Part shown: in pieces, positions 38,905 to 53,024 of the stretch
Layout: each line of letters starts with the position of its first letter
How positions within the stretch are numbered: the stretch's first letter is position 1
Source: Lama guanicoe
Lineage: Eukaryota
Direction of reading: 5' to 3'
Assembly: GCA_013239625.1 (NCBI GenBank)
Contig: MU053652.1
Location: forward strand, 3,833,902-3,897,901
DNA length: 64,000 nt
The notes under the pieces: model-generated
What the model was told of the DNA's origin: nothing
The model's input: only the letters and a program-made list of their open reading frames with translations
Database searches by the model: none
Made by a program: the position numbers and the translations under genes

Positions 38905-41900
38905 ATACTGGTTCCTCAAAAAACTTTAAGAAGAATTACCATATGATCTGGCCAATGCCACTTCTGGCTATTACATTGGGAGAATTGAAAGTAGAGTCTC
39001 AAAGGGCTATATGCACACCCATGAACTAGCAGCATTATTCACAATAGCCAAAAGGTGGAAGCAACCCAAATATCCACTGACAGATGAACGGGTAAACAAA
39101 ATGTGGACACACATACAATGGGATATTACTCAGCCTTAAAAAGGAAGAAATGCAAACTAGGAACAGAAAGGAACTTCCTCAACTTTGAAAAAAAAATCTA
39201 CAAAAAATCTACAGCTAACATCATACTTAATAATGAAAAACTAGAAGCTTTTCCACTACGATCAGAAACAAGACAAGGATGTCCCCTTCTTACCACTCCT
39301 TTCAACACTGTACTGGCTAATGTACTAAGACAAGAAAAAGAAATAGAACTGTCTTTGTTCATAGATGACATGATTGTTTATATAGGAAATATAAAAGAAT
39401 CAACAACAATAAAAAACTTCCTGGAACTAATAATAAGTAATTATAGCAATGTTGCAGGATATAAAGATTATATACAAAAGTCAACTGCTTTCTATATATG
39501 CTACATCTTCTTTATCCATTCATCTATTGATGTACACGTGGGATGCTTCCATGTCTTGGCAACAGTAAATAGTACTGTTGTTAATAGCAAGGTGTATGTA
39601 TCTTTTTGAATTACTGTTTTTGTTTTTGTTTTGTTTTTTGTTTGTGTTTGTTTTAGTTTTTCTTGGGTATATGCCCAGGAGTGGAACTGCTGGGCCATAT
39701 AGTGATTCTATTTTTAGTTTTTTGAGAAACCTCCATATTGTTTTCCATAGGGGCTGTACCAATTTACATTCCCACCAACAATGTATAAGGGTTCCCTTTT
39801 CTCCACATCCTTACCAATAATTGTTACTTGTGTTCTTTTTGTTAATGGCCATTCTGACAGGTATAAGATGGTATCTCACTGTGATTTTGATTTGCATTTC
39901 TCTGATACTAGTGATGCTAAGCAACTTTTCATGTTCCTGTTGGCCATCTGTATTCCCTCTTTTGGAATACTGTCTATTCAGTTCTTCTGCTCATACTTCA
40001 TATGGGTTATTTGTTTGTTTGCAAACAAATTAATTGGGGTACAGTTAATTTAAAATGTTGTATTAGTTTCTGGTGTACAGCATGGATGGACTTGGTGAAA
40101 TAAGTCAGACAGAAAGGGACAAATGCTGTGGGAGGTCACTTATATGTGGAATCTAAAAGAAAACAGCAGACTATTGAATACAACAGAAAAGAAACAGACT
40201 CACAGATGTAGGGAAGGAATTAATGGTTACCAGTGGGGAGAGAGGAAGGGGAGGGGCAAGATGGAAGTGGAGGATTAAGAGGTACAAACTATCACGTATA
40301 AAATAAGCTACAAGGATGTATTGTACAACATGGAGAATATAGTCAATATTTTACAATAACTAAACATGGAGTATAACCTTTAAAAATTGTGAATCACTAT
40401 ATTGTATACCTATAACATATAATATTGTACAACAATTATACTTCAATTTAAAAAATATAATATTGTAAAATAAATACATAAATAAATAAAGTTTTTTAAA
40501 AAGTCAACTGCTTTCCTATATACCAGCAATGAACAATAGAATTTGAAATTAAAAACACAATTACCATTTACATTAGCAACTAAAGAAATGAAATACATAG
40601 ATATAAACCTAACGTAACATGTGCAAGATCATGAAGAAAACTATAAAACATAGAAGAACCAAAGAAGACCTAAAATAGAGAGATATTCCATATTCACAGA
40701 TAGGAAGATTCAATAGTGTTAAGATGTCAGATCTTCCTAACTTGATCTATAGATTCAATTCAATCCCAATAAAAATCTCAGCAAAAGTTATTTTATGGGT
40801 ATCGACAAACTGATTCTAAAGTTTATATGGAAAGGCAAAAAAGGCCCAGAATAGCTAGTACAGTATTGAAGGAGAAGAATAAAGCTGGAAGACTGACACT
40901 ACTCAACTTCAGGACTCACTATAAAGCTACAGTAATCAAGGCAGTGTAGTTAGTGAAAGAATAGACAAACAGATCAATGGAACAGAATAGAGAGCACAGA
41001 AATAGATTCCCATAAATATAGTCAACTGATCTTTGACAAAGGAACAAAGTCAATGTAATGGAGCAAAGACAGTCTCTTCAACAAATGGTGCTGGAATACT
41101 GGACATCCACCTGACAAAAAATGAATCTAGACACTAACTTTACATCCTTCACAAAAATTAACTCAAAATGAATCACAAGATCTAAGTGTGAAACACAAAA
41201 CTATAAAATTCCCAGAAGATAACATAGGATAAAACTTAGATGACTTGCTATGAGGATGACTTTTGTTTTTTAGATACAACACCAAAGGCATGATCCATGA
41301 AAGAAAGAATTGAAAAAGTAGACTTCAACAAAATTAAAAACTTCTGCTCTATGAAAGACACTGTAAAGAGAATGAAAAGACAAGCCACAGACTGGGAGAA
41401 AATATTTGCAAAAGACACATCTCACAAAGGACTGTGTCTCAACTCTTAAAACTGAACAACATGAAAATGAACAACCTGATTAAAGAATGGCAAAAGACCT
41501 TAACAGACCTCACCAAAGATACACCTATGATGATAAGTATGTGAAAAGATGTTCAGCATCATATGTCATTAGAGAATTGCAAATTAAAACAATGAGATAA
41601 CACGACACACCTCTTAAGAATGACTAAAATCCAAAACACCAACAACAGCAAATGCTGGTGAGGGTTGCCAGTGAGGGTGTGAAGCAACAGGAATTCTCAC
41701 TTACTGCTGGTGGGAATGCAAAATACTACAGCCACTTTGGAAGACAGTTGGGCAGTTTACTATAAAACTAAATAAACTCTTACCGTACAATCCAGTAATT
41801 GGGCTCCTTGGTATTTACCCCAAAGAGTTGAAAACATATGTCCACAAAAAAACCAGCACACAGATATTTACAGCAGCTTTACTAACAATCACTAAAACTT

Positions 41901-42070
41901 AGAAGCCACCAGGCTGTCCTTCGGTAGTTGAATGAATAAACAAACTGTGAAACATCCACACAATGGATTATTCAGCACTACAAAGAGATGAGCTATCAAG
42001 TCATGAAAAGACATGGAGGAAACTTAAATGCCTATTTCTAAGTGAAAGAAGCCAATCTGAAAATCCACAA
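38905..42070 (+). mobile_element. Old L1 ORF2 block (disrupted) containing a younger nested L1
   Basis: ORF 39103..39609 gives an RT-like remnant (TANIILNNEKLEAFPLRSETRQGCPL..LSLFIDDMIVY). ORF2 C-terminal DNA continues at 40500-42070. Confidence 0.85.
39493..40498 (+). mobile_element. 5'-inverted (twin-primed) L1 insertion
   Basis: 17-bp TSD aaaagtcaactgctttc at 39476-39492 and 40499-40515. Antisense ORF2-end segment followed by sense 3'UTR and A-rich tail. Confidence 0.85.
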
Positions 42071-45000
42071 ACAAAAAGACTAGGAATCACTCAGCTACCA
42101 TCTGAACCCCTTTTCCACACTATCTTTTCTGCTTGAAGTCATCTCCCCAGCCTCGTATCTCTATGTGGCATAATACCTTCATGAACTCACATCCTTGTTT
42201 CTTTAAATAGAAATTTTAAAGAGTTACCTGGAAAAATACTATGTATTTAATAGAGAAAAGGAAAAAGAAAACATGGTAAAATGCTACCATTTGGGAAATC
42301 TGGATAATGAGAATTCTTTCTACTATTTTTGCAACTTTTCTAGAAATCTGAAATTATGTCAAAGTAAAAAAAAAATTTTTTTTAAGGAGAGGTATCTGAT
42401 AAGGTTTCTTCCATAGCCTATGTTTTTGGTGTGTTTTAGAATATTCAAGGGACTATATCCTACTCCCAGATTTATATATATCTAAAATACAATTTAACAC
42501 GCTATTTAAGTCACACAATTAAAATACAATTGTGTGAGAGGATGACACCATTAAAATACTATTTTCCATCTATTTCACTGTTCTTCTAGTCTAAGAGACA
42601 AACTGCTCAAGGCATTTTAGAATTCTGGGTACTGCAAAATTGTTTTTAAATGATTTGGGATTAGCCGGCATCTAACTGCTTTTCAAAGGGATTTGTACGC
42701 TATGCACTTGGCGTAATGGATTTCAGTTCTTTTCTCCAGAATGCAGTTCACAGCATAAATCAATAAGACTGCCTGCTTTACAGGCTTGTCACTTCTGCCC
42801 AGTGCCTCATCTCCTTCTACCTCTCTCCCCACCCCATCCTTCAGCCTCTCTAACCAGTGTGCTGACACTCCTCAAAAGTAAAAGCAAAGCCATTTCACAC
42901 TTCTTTGAACAGAGGGGAATACTTACAAATGATGCTTTCCATGTTTTCATAAAACAATAAATAAAACAGGTTATCTAAAGCCAAATATGATTGGCATACA
43001 TGTACTGCTGGAGATTATCATACTCCACCTCCACCTAAGTCATTTTTTGTGAGGCATGTCTAACTTTCATCCAAAACAAGTCAGATTCTCTGGACAACAA
43101 AACTGACAGAAGCTGCTAACAGATGAAAACATATTAGATAATATGAATTTTTTAAAAAACAGCACAGACCAGATATATGGAACTCCAGGACAAGTAACTT
43201 AACCTCTAAACCTCAATTTCAACTTTTTTTTAAAAGCAAAAAAAAAAAAAAAGTAGTACTTCTCCTTAAAAGGATGTGGGGATTAAATGAGATTATCCAG
43301 ATAAGATTATCAACACTACTTATTATAATGATGCCAGAATTTTTATGTCTTTATGATTCTATCTTTCTTGACTCTGGACTAGTCTTCTCACAAGGACTAC
43401 GCCTTAATTTCCTCATCTTTAAATTAGACATCCATCTCTGAAGATACAGTTTTCTTATTGTGTGTAAGAGTCTGAGTTAGGCATCTAAAAAGCCCTTCTT
43501 TATTCTATTAACTCCAACGACTCCAATACTGCTCTCCTAGACATTAAAATAAGCAAACTATAGGGAACCAATGCTCCTAACAATTTCACAAGAGTGTGCA
43601 AAATGGAGAATCATCAGATGGACCCAACAGTGATTCCTCTGAACAGATATGAAAAGTAAGATGAAAGCATGGGCAACAGGTAATAATGACCTGTGATTCT
43701 AAACACCACATCCAAATAAAGAGGCCTTTCTGTTTATTACCTGGAACCAGTGATGTTCAGTAGATTAGTCAACACTCCATTTTTTAAAAAATCATTCCCC
43801 AAACAATAATATAACATAGCAGCAATTTTGCTAAAACCTGACTCTTAGCCTGGATCATCACCTGGGGTGCAACATGTACTTAACCTAAAGGTTCTTTTTT
43901 AATATTACAATCTATAAGAGATTGGAGGAGGGACAGTTTGGTACAGAGGAGTTCCTACTTTTGCCACTGTGGGCCAGCAGGCATGAGACTAACGATAATG
44001 GAAGAGAACACACAAAAAAAACTGATTTTTCTGATCAGGAGCACCCTGTTACAAGTTGCAGTCAACAACATCTAAGGAGCTACTGGAATTTGGATGAACT
44101 GTCCAAGGGGGTTAAATTTAGTCTAATCCACATGTAATGAGATTAGGTGTAGAGCATTTCAAAAATCTAAATTGGAAAATCTAATCAAGGTATAACCAAA
44201 TATAAAAGAAAGCATTAGTCTCATCAATAGCGTTATCATATCAAAAGAAAAGCTGCAAGAACTGCCTAAGGGACAGTCTCAGAGCAAGATTGTATCTACA
44301 GTCCAAACCAGGGACAGGAAAACTTAATTTCACAAACCAGAGGCTCAACTGAATTCCTAGACATGTCCAGAATCTAAATTTCATAACTAGGATAGAAATT
44401 TTACTCAACAGAATAGCCCTTCTCAAAAGAGCCTAAAGCTAACGACATTATTTGATTCTTGGGGGACACAGAATAATGGATCAAAATTTTATCACAGCAA
44501 GAAAAACTTAAAAACAACTGCACAAGAAAGTCAAAGTGACAACAGAAGCAAGGTAAAATGTGGTTTAATTCTGAGTAATAAATGGAGCTTAAGACAAGAG
44601 GAATCCATATGAACTTCCTAGGAATAGTCTCTTTTAAATAGCCCAAAAGTGAAAGAGGACTTACAAAGAAAAAAAAAAAAACATCTTCACACCACTGGGC
44701 TCTATGAAGAAAAAAAAAGAAACAGCAGCCATAGTTACGGATGCAGTTTACCACTTTCCATTTTCAGACTCCAACTGTAGATAAAAATACAGAAAATTAA
44801 ATATAATACAAAACAGAATGTAATGTTAAGGCAAAGATAAGGCTGAGAGATGAGGAGGTAGAAGATGGCAGAGAGGTGGAGGAATGGCTCAAGCATTAAC
44901 ATGCTACCTTTACATAGTGAGGGCATCAGTGGACACTATCAAGAGCAGATAGAAGTACTTAGGAGTACAAGTAGGAGTACAAGTTAACTGTTCAAAATAG

Positions 45001-45849
45001 AGGGGAAAGGAAGGGAGTCCTATGGGGTAGCGCTTATAAAGAATGAAGTTTAAAATGCCAAAGGTTGATAAATCCAGAAAAAAATAGCATAGGCATATTA
45101 TTTAAAGTTATGGAGGTATTACTATTTGATGATACTATAAACAAAATAGAGAAACTATAAATAAAAATAGTTAAAAATACTATGTCTGAAAAGTGGGACT
45201 AGGTGTAGAGGAAGGATGTGGCAAACAGCCACTGGTTTTTATTATAAATCCATCTATTTGAACTTTTACCATATGAATGTATTACTTTGACTTTTAACAA
45301 AATGAACTTTATAATACAGCCTTCCAAAGAGATCCTTTTGAAACTTAAAATTAAATAACATGCTAGCACAAACTGTCACAAGAAAAATCAAGTCCCTTCC
45401 TCATGCTAAGAACCAAGAAAACAGCACAGTTCAAGCTTAAAATTGTCTTGCCTTGAGTAAGGCTAACTTCCTTATTTGGAGCATCTGAAACTAACAAAAT
45501 TTTGTATGATTACAACCACATAATATTTTTCATTCCAATGTTGTTAAAATATGTAAATACTCATTAATATTAATAACCCAAGAATCCAATTAATAATGAT
45601 GCTTTTATACAATTTATGAGGAAAAGAAGCTTTACTACACAACTTCGTAATGACTTAAGGGTGAGTGGATGGTTTTGTGAAAACAATATTATAAGCTCAC
45701 TGAAGGCAGGGCTTGAGTGCATAAAGTCTCCATGAATAGTAGCTACTGTAATTTGTTCCTTAATATATGCTTGGGGGGAATTGGTTGCATATTATAATTA
45801 CTACAGCTAAACCCAGGCAACTTCAGTTTCTGTAATTTTCCTATAAGGT

Positions 45850-46370
45850 TGTGCTGTCTATTCATCTCATCTCTCAACTTTCAAACCCTCCTCTATACTT
45901 GTTCTGAACTGCTCTGTAGCCAGCTCTGGGCTGGGCTGGCCAACCTTATTTATCAGACTTGCCTGCCAGCTTCATATTCAGTTTTCTATAGCTACGGGTT
46001 AAGATGGGAAGAGGTGAGGCAAAGGGATTTCCCTGCTGTTTTCATTCCTATTAAAGTTGCTCCAGCAACAGAGGACAGCTTCATCTCCCAACTCCAGCTG
46101 TGCCCCTTCTCCCCTGGTGGTTAAGAATCAGCTACAAGGCATCCCACTTGGAGGTAAGATAACCAGCTGTGCAGGGGCCCCTCAACTCCTAGGTTTTTCT
46201 GTTCTGTTGCCCTAGCCCAAGGGGTCGCAGTTGCTTCCTGTAGTTACTAATATTTGGATTACCTCAGTATCTATATTTTGCTCTTTTAGTCTTCCAACAC
46301 CTGTGTAACCAACTCCCAGAATTAAATCCTCTGAAATACCTCACATGGTTTACTAGCCTTGACTGATACA
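45850..46370 (+). mobile_element. ERVL-class solo LTR (LTR33-like)
   Basis: TG...CA ends, 3' end tgtaaccaa.tccc..attaaa..tgaaatacct..tgactgataca, near 5-bp TSD aaggt / aaggg. Confidence 0.7.
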
Positions 46371-47154
46371 AAGGGAAGAAAATATGTACCTTTGTTGAAA
46401 TTATTCATAGAGTGCTGGTAAGCAGTAAAACTTTATACTGATTTGTATAAGTCAGTACAATAAAATGTATTGTTATTTTATACTATCAGTAAAGTGATTC
46501 TAAGGGCATTTTTATAAGGCCATCACTAGGGTTTATTTCCATACACTAATGAAAGTTGAGTATAAAATCTTGAGTTTGATTGGGAAATGAGGCTAAGTTA
46601 GAGAGAATAAAATGCCTCAGGAAGAGAGAAATGGGACAAGTGAGAAGGCAGTACAGACAGAAAGAGAAGTAGGAGATACATAAACACAAACTTTTATCTG
46701 TTTATGAGTCTATCTTATCTGGTCTTTAAATAAGGTATACTTATTAAATCTAACATTCTAGCAAACCTCAAAATTGACATCACAGTAATAAATGCCTTTT
46801 TTATGGAAAAAATAATGACAAATAATCACAAGAAGATTTGTCATATTATTCAGTGAATATACTAGGTTAGGTATTTGGACAAACCAAAGAAAATGTGGTA
46901 GCAATGACAGCTTTGACCATCAACTACCATTCTAAGTTCTTGTCAGACTATGTAGATCTATGCATATCTACTGAAAATCAATAGTAGGTACCAACTATAA
47001 TTTCCAGTGTGGCTTGCAGAAATTTAGAGGGGATTTTTTTTTTCTCTTACTATACAACTAGGCCCAGATAGTCTAGTACAAGAGCGTGCCAAGAGTACAC
47101 AAAGTCTCTCCATTCCACTTCATACCTGCTTAAATTAGGCTTACCCTCACGTCT

Positions 47155-47390
47155 GTAGCAAGGTGGTTAAGAGTACAGACTCTGGAGCTAGAGTACTAGA
47201 TTCAAATCCTTGCTCTGCCACTTCTAGTACCTTAGACTAGATTCACTTGACTTCTATGTCTTCGTTTTATCATCTCTTGATTGGGGACATTAATACAATT
47301 ACTGTGAGGACCAAGTGAATTAATTTTTATAAAAGGTCTTAAAATGGGACATGGTATGTAACAAATGCTAGATAAGTGTAACCTATTATT
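47155..47390 (+). mobile_element. MIR SINE
   Basis: gtggttaagagtacagactctggagc.aga..ttcaaatcct.gctctgccactt. Confidence 0.8.
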
Positions 47391-47848
47391 ATTACTCCAT
47401 ATAAAGACAGATAAAGCATAGAAATGCCAAAGGGAAAGTTACATTACTTATTTTTATATTGGAAGAAAAAATGCGTATAAATCATTAACTTGGAGTTTTG
47501 ACCATACAAGGACCTCTATTAGAGCATAGCCCTTTTTTGAAGTAGAGATCCTTTTGAGGATGTGTGAAAGCTACAGACTTCCTCCCTAGAAAAATGCATA
47601 TGTACATAAAAATTTCCGAAATATTTCAATGTTCTTGGACTCAAATCACAAATAGATTATTTCATGATGATATAGCTATTCCAAAGCTGAAACGCTAGAG
47701 GGTGCCACAACCAAAGAAAAATATAAAGCAACTACAGGGACTTTCAGGCTGCTTTAAAATTCTTCAACTGGAATAAACACCCTTCCACAGAAAACACTGA
47801 GGTGAATTTTCTTCACCAAATACTTCAACTTTTCCACAGGTTCTAGAT

Positions 47849-48054
47849 CAGCACTGTCCAAAAGTCATTTATGCAGTGATGGAAATGTTCCAAATGTGCA
47901 CCGTCTAAAATAGCAGCCACTAACCACATGTGGCTATTGACCACATGAAATGTGACAACTGTGACCAAATAATTAATTTTTAATTTTGTTTAGTTTTAAA
48001 TAATTTTAATATAAATAGCCATATCTGGCTGTGGCTACCACCCTGAACAGTGCA
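47849..48054. mobile_element. MER3-like hAT-Charlie MITE
   Basis: cagcactgtccaa..gatggaaatgttc..agccacta.ccacatgtggctattga..aatagcca.at.tggct.gtggctacc..gaacagtgca. Confidence 0.8.
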
Positions 48055-50841
48055 ATTCATCTATATTCTATTCTTATGTTTTGAAATGACTTACTTCTAA
48101 GCATTGTTAAAGAAATCTCTAACAGAAGGGGTTCATACAATAATTCAGGCAAATCCATCCCTGGTGATAATTCAACATTGCAAAGATAGGAAAAAGACAG
48201 TGTCTCTCCCTAGCCCTACAGGTGTGCACAATCAAAAGTAAAGCTTTCTTTTACTCATTACAGAAATCCTGACTACCCAATTCCCTCTGTTTCTTTAAGA
48301 TCCTGGGTTAAGAGAGCTTTAAAAAAAATAATAAGCACAAATAAAGTTAAGTTATAAGGCTTTTTGCCTTTAAAAAAGCTGTTTCCTTAAAAAAGAAAAA
48401 AAATCATATTCTAAGTGATAATCATCACCAAGGGCTAAGGGAGCACTGAGAAGAAAGGACTATAAGGACATTGAGCAGGTTCCATGAAGAAGACAGAGTC
48501 TTCAGCCAGGAGTTGGCAGGTGCCAGGATAAAAGGAGACTGTAGGCTGAGGCAGCAGCTTGTGAAAGCACATGGTGTGGTAAGGGGGCATCAGTGAACAC
48601 CCAGATGGTGGACTCAGGAGAAGTCTGGGGATCAAAGGAACACAGTTCTTGGCTGCCTTCACATCAGATTCTTTCTTTACAATGTAATTTAATCTGCTGA
48701 AAATAAAGTGATTCTAAGGGCACTAATGCTGACCCACCTGTCAGAGAGGAAAGTCGTCTCCACATTACAGCTTACAATGCCACAGTGCCCTGAGCGGGAA
48801 GGTACCTAATGAATGTTGATGACAATGATAAAGAGGATTAGAAAATGCATTCTCAAATATTCAGATGCTTATTAACAGCTACAAATATCAATAAAAAATA
48901 CGTGAGTGGCTGAAGCTCTCCTTGGATCAGAAACATGGTGGACAGGAAGTTCAGTACACCGATGCATTTGCAAATGGGTCAGAATGCAGCTGGCTCTTTT
49001 TGCAGAAAAATCATTTGTCCACAGCTGCTCCCCAAATTGCAAAAAATCAAATAAGGAGTTGTCATGTGATAGCAGGATTAGCGACTGCCTCAATTTCCAT
49101 TAAGGAGAAATAACATAAATTGCCACAAGTCCCACCCCTCAGTCTCACAAGCACAAAGGACACTTTCATTCAGATCCTGCTTACTGTGAAATACCGCATT
49201 GTTGCCTGGCTGCTTCTGTGGTGGGCCTCAATCCTGCTGGATCTGCCATTACACAGCCAACAGGCAGTTAAAGCTGTTTCTTAGATACTGGTGGACACCT
49301 CAAAACATGACTTTTCTTTCAAGATAACTCTACTAGGACTTGTTTCTGGATAAAATTATGAATGTGTAAGTGTCAATACCACGGATCTACGAATCTCTGC
49401 AATTCAATCATTCTCTCATTCATTCCACAAATATTAACTGAATTCTTATCAGGTACTCCTAATTTTAACATTACTATTCCAAGAAAAACTATGACTGGCA
49501 ATTCTTATGTTTTATCTTTGTTTTAAAAAAATATATTATCATAAAAGTGACACATGTTCTTTTTGAGTAATTGAGAAAACACAAGTCAGAAAAAACCCAG
49601 AAATCATCACCACCTGATATAGCCACATTACCAAGTTAACAATTTAGTGTATATGCTTCTAGCATCCCTGAGTTCCTTATACAGTTTTGTTTTGTTTTTT
49701 TTTTCAAGTGAGGCTATAGTGTACATACGGTTTTAGAAATATTTTTAAAATTTAATATAGAAAAAAGTTCATGTTATTAACATCTTACATCACTTTTTAA
49801 TGTTTACAGAGCATTCACTATAAAAATATACAGTAGTTATTTTACTAATTTCCTAAAGTTAATCATTTAGGTTGTTCCCAATTTTTCACTATTACAAATT
49901 GTACTGTGATGACAATTCTGATATTCTATTGAATAAATGAGTAAATGGATGGTTTTATTAAGCTAAGTCTTTAAGTACATACCCAATTATATCCTTAGAT
50001 TTTAAGAAACAAATAACTCTGAGTAATCATACAGTTGTGATTTTGGACATGCTATTATTATAGCAACCATAGAAAGGTAATGTAAAAACAGCAATCTAAA
50101 CATAAAGATAAGCACATAATACTTGCTGGTGGACAGAGGACAAAATGAAAATATTAACCTTGATGGTGTAAAAATAAAATAAGGCTCCCAGAAGCTGGAA
50201 TATAGAAAGAGGGTGGGTGGTATGCGGCATTTAAAACGCAACTTTACAAAACGGCAAGTTGGACCCTATTGAAGGTTGGTGGTTCAAAAAATAAAAGTTT
50301 ATCATTTAAAATGATAAAGATAATTAATAAAAGACTTTCAAAAATAATATAAATATCAAATAATGGGAAATGGAGAGAGGAAGGGGTAGAAAAAGTGAGT
50401 TAAATTCTTATTTTTTATGTTAAAAAAGTCCACAGATATTGTCTAAAGTTGAGAAATCAAGAAACAGAAGTTTACACACATTATTAAGCGTTATGGAAGT
50501 AATTCCAAGAGAAGCTAAACACAGAAATAGTGAAATATGTTTTAAAGGTTATCTCTGGACAGTAAGGCTGGGGATGGAAAAGAAAGAGAAATGGCAGGAG
50601 ACATGTTTTTTTCATTGTAAGTTCTTCTCTGCTATTTGATTTGTTAGGAAGCACAAATAATACCCTGATAAAGGTTGACTGAAAAACCTGTAACTCTTCA
50701 CCTTGACACTTTTGTTTTTTTTCAAGTATTTACTTACTTATTTTTTATTGAAGTATAGCCAATTTACAATGTTGTGTCAATCTCCAGTGTACAGTAACAC
50801 CCATCTTTTTATTATCTTTCGTGACACTGATATCCATATGT

Positions 50842-50945
50842 ATTTTTTTTATTTTATTTATTTTTTTAATGGAGGTACTAGGAATTGAACCCAGGAACTT
50901 GTACATGTTAAGTATGCATTCCACTACTGAGGTATACTTTCCCCC
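50842..50945 (-). mobile_element. tRNA-derived SINE (Vic-1-like), part of composite 50705-50945
   Basis: Reverse complement reads ggggg..tatacctcagtagt..cctgggttcaattcctagtacctccattaaaaaaa, with Pol III A/B-box-like head. Confidence 0.85.
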
Positions 50946-51322
50946 TGTAACTTTTCACTTTGGATCCCCTAACTATACCCTCTTATCTTGATAACCAGTC
51001 AGACCCAGCTGCTCACAGAGCTTTTCTTTAACTGGAGGCAAACTTAAAATGCCTAAGACCTCAGAGACTAACTATCTGATTTTCTCATTTTACAGATTAA
51101 GTTGAGACTCAGAAAGGCCAGGTGAGTTACCCAGAGTCACAGCTCTAGCTGGCCGCAAAACCAAAACTCAAACCCACATCTCCCACCTTCTTATCAAGTG
51201 CTCCATCCACTCCATCAGAGACCCACCCTTTGTCCTGGCGCACAGTCTCTAACCAGTATTGGCTTGAGCACATTAACTTCTTAGCACTTAAAAAAAAAAC
51301 AAAAACTTCAACTATTCTTTTT

Positions 51323-51414
51323 AGGGAGGCAATTAGGTTTATTTTTTTATTTTAGTGGAGGTACTGGGGATTGCATGCTAAACATGTGCTCTACCACTGA
51401 GCTATACCCTCCCC
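51323..51414 (-). mobile_element. tRNA-derived SINE (Vic-1-like) with internal deletion over the B box
   Basis: Reverse complement ggggagggtatagctcagtggtagagcacatgtttagcatgca|atccccagtacctcc. TSD agca(c/t)attaacttct at 51267-51281 and 51418-51432. Confidence 0.85.
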
Positions 51415-52862
51415 TTTAGCATATTAACTTCTGTCCCACCCTATCTATGTATATCGTCAACCCAAGATTTGGGTTTTACTAAGGGTCCAGTGAAATTGTA
51501 TTATAAAATAATATGCATATTGAATTGATTTTTCAAACCACACCTGCAGTCACCCATCCCAGTCCCTCTAACATGCCTCTTGTTTCCCTTACCCTTCAAT
51601 CCCCACCATCACTGCCTTAGAGGATATAACTACTTTGAGGAATGTTATCTACAAACTGAGAGGCCTGACAGCATGCTTCCTAGTCACAGGAAAAAAAATG
51701 CAATTCATAAAATTGCCAAAGCAATGTCTTTTGAAGCTACTATCTTCTATGAGCACCAGAATGATCAACTGATTTCATATTTTTCTTCACCCATATTAGA
51801 TGGTTTAGCTAATTACCCCTCCCACTTCCAGTAAATGGAAACAGAACAAAATTGGTTAAAGAAAAAAAAAGGAGGATAAAGGATTGAGGAAAATAAAGAA
51901 CTGTGCAGACATTTTAATGTTTATAATCATTATCCATTTTATAAAAAGTATTTTAAGCTGAATTTTAAATGGTGTCAAGGTCCCTATTATTTATATAATA
52001 TATATTATTTACATAAATTTAGAAACAACCAGAAAACAGGTCAGATGGGGGCCAGATCAATAACTAGAAATCAAGTTTAGGCAGAAGAGTCAAGATCTAA
52101 TTAAAACCTCAGCATCGACTGTATTTTCCATAAATTGTGCACAATTAATAGATAGTGCATTGTCTCACTAATTTGAAACAAATAATACTACATGTTTAAA
52201 AGCATGCTTTCTCACACATGTAGCTGTGCATAAGATCAGTGTGGCAAGAGTAATACTGATTAAAACTGAAAAGCAGGCTGAGAATTAAGCCTAACACTCA
52301 TCACTTCATGGTTTACTTCCAGCATTTTTATTCCCTCTCATCCACTGTGAAACCGAGGGCTAAGGAGCACATTCATACAGTTTGATGGTGGCAGTACTGA
52401 GGCTTTTAAAAAAAGTCAAACAATGTATATAAAAGCACTTCATAACTGCAACATGCTACAGAAACATAAGGCATTACTTTATTTTATTGTGGAGCAAGAA
52501 GGTGAAGCAGAAGAGGAAATGACTGTTGCATCCATTCATGCAACCATCCATCCAGCATTTCATAACCAGGGTCTTAAGGGCAGGACCATAAGTAGCTCCA
52601 GGTTTAGTCAGAGAAAAACCATATAAACCAAAGCAGCCCCGCTTACCTGTTTTGTTTGGTCTGCAGTGCTTTTTGTTTGGTTTTTAAATGTGAATGAACT
52701 GCCAACATTTTAAAATAGGGAAATAACATAAAAGTTCCAGATTTCTAACTCTTCTTGAAAAACCAGGAAGATATAGGCCCCCTACCAATAAACGCTAATT
52801 GTTGTTATCATTTCAAATGGGCAACAAATGACTGGGTAGAGGTAGCAGAACATGCTCTTATT

Positions 52863-53024
52863 GGGGAAGGGTTTAGTTCACTGGTAGAGTGTGTGTGCCT
52901 ATCATGCATGAGGTTCTGGGTTCAATTCCCAGTACCTCCATTAAAAAATAAATAAGTAAGTAAATCTAATTACCCCTCCATTAAGAAAATTAAAAAAAAT
53001 TAAAACTGCAAAAAAAAAAAAAAA
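52863..53024 (+). mobile_element. tRNA-derived SINE (Vic-1-like)
   Basis: ggggaagggtttagttcactggtagag..ctgggttcaattcccagtacctccatt plus A tail. TSD agaacatgctct at 52847-52858 and 53025-53036. Confidence 0.88.

Noticed and set aside
39103..39609. 168-aa ORF as a gene or active reverse transcriptase
   Set aside because: It is a chance fusion across three L1 fragments, with a degenerate catalytic motif (FIDD) and deletions.
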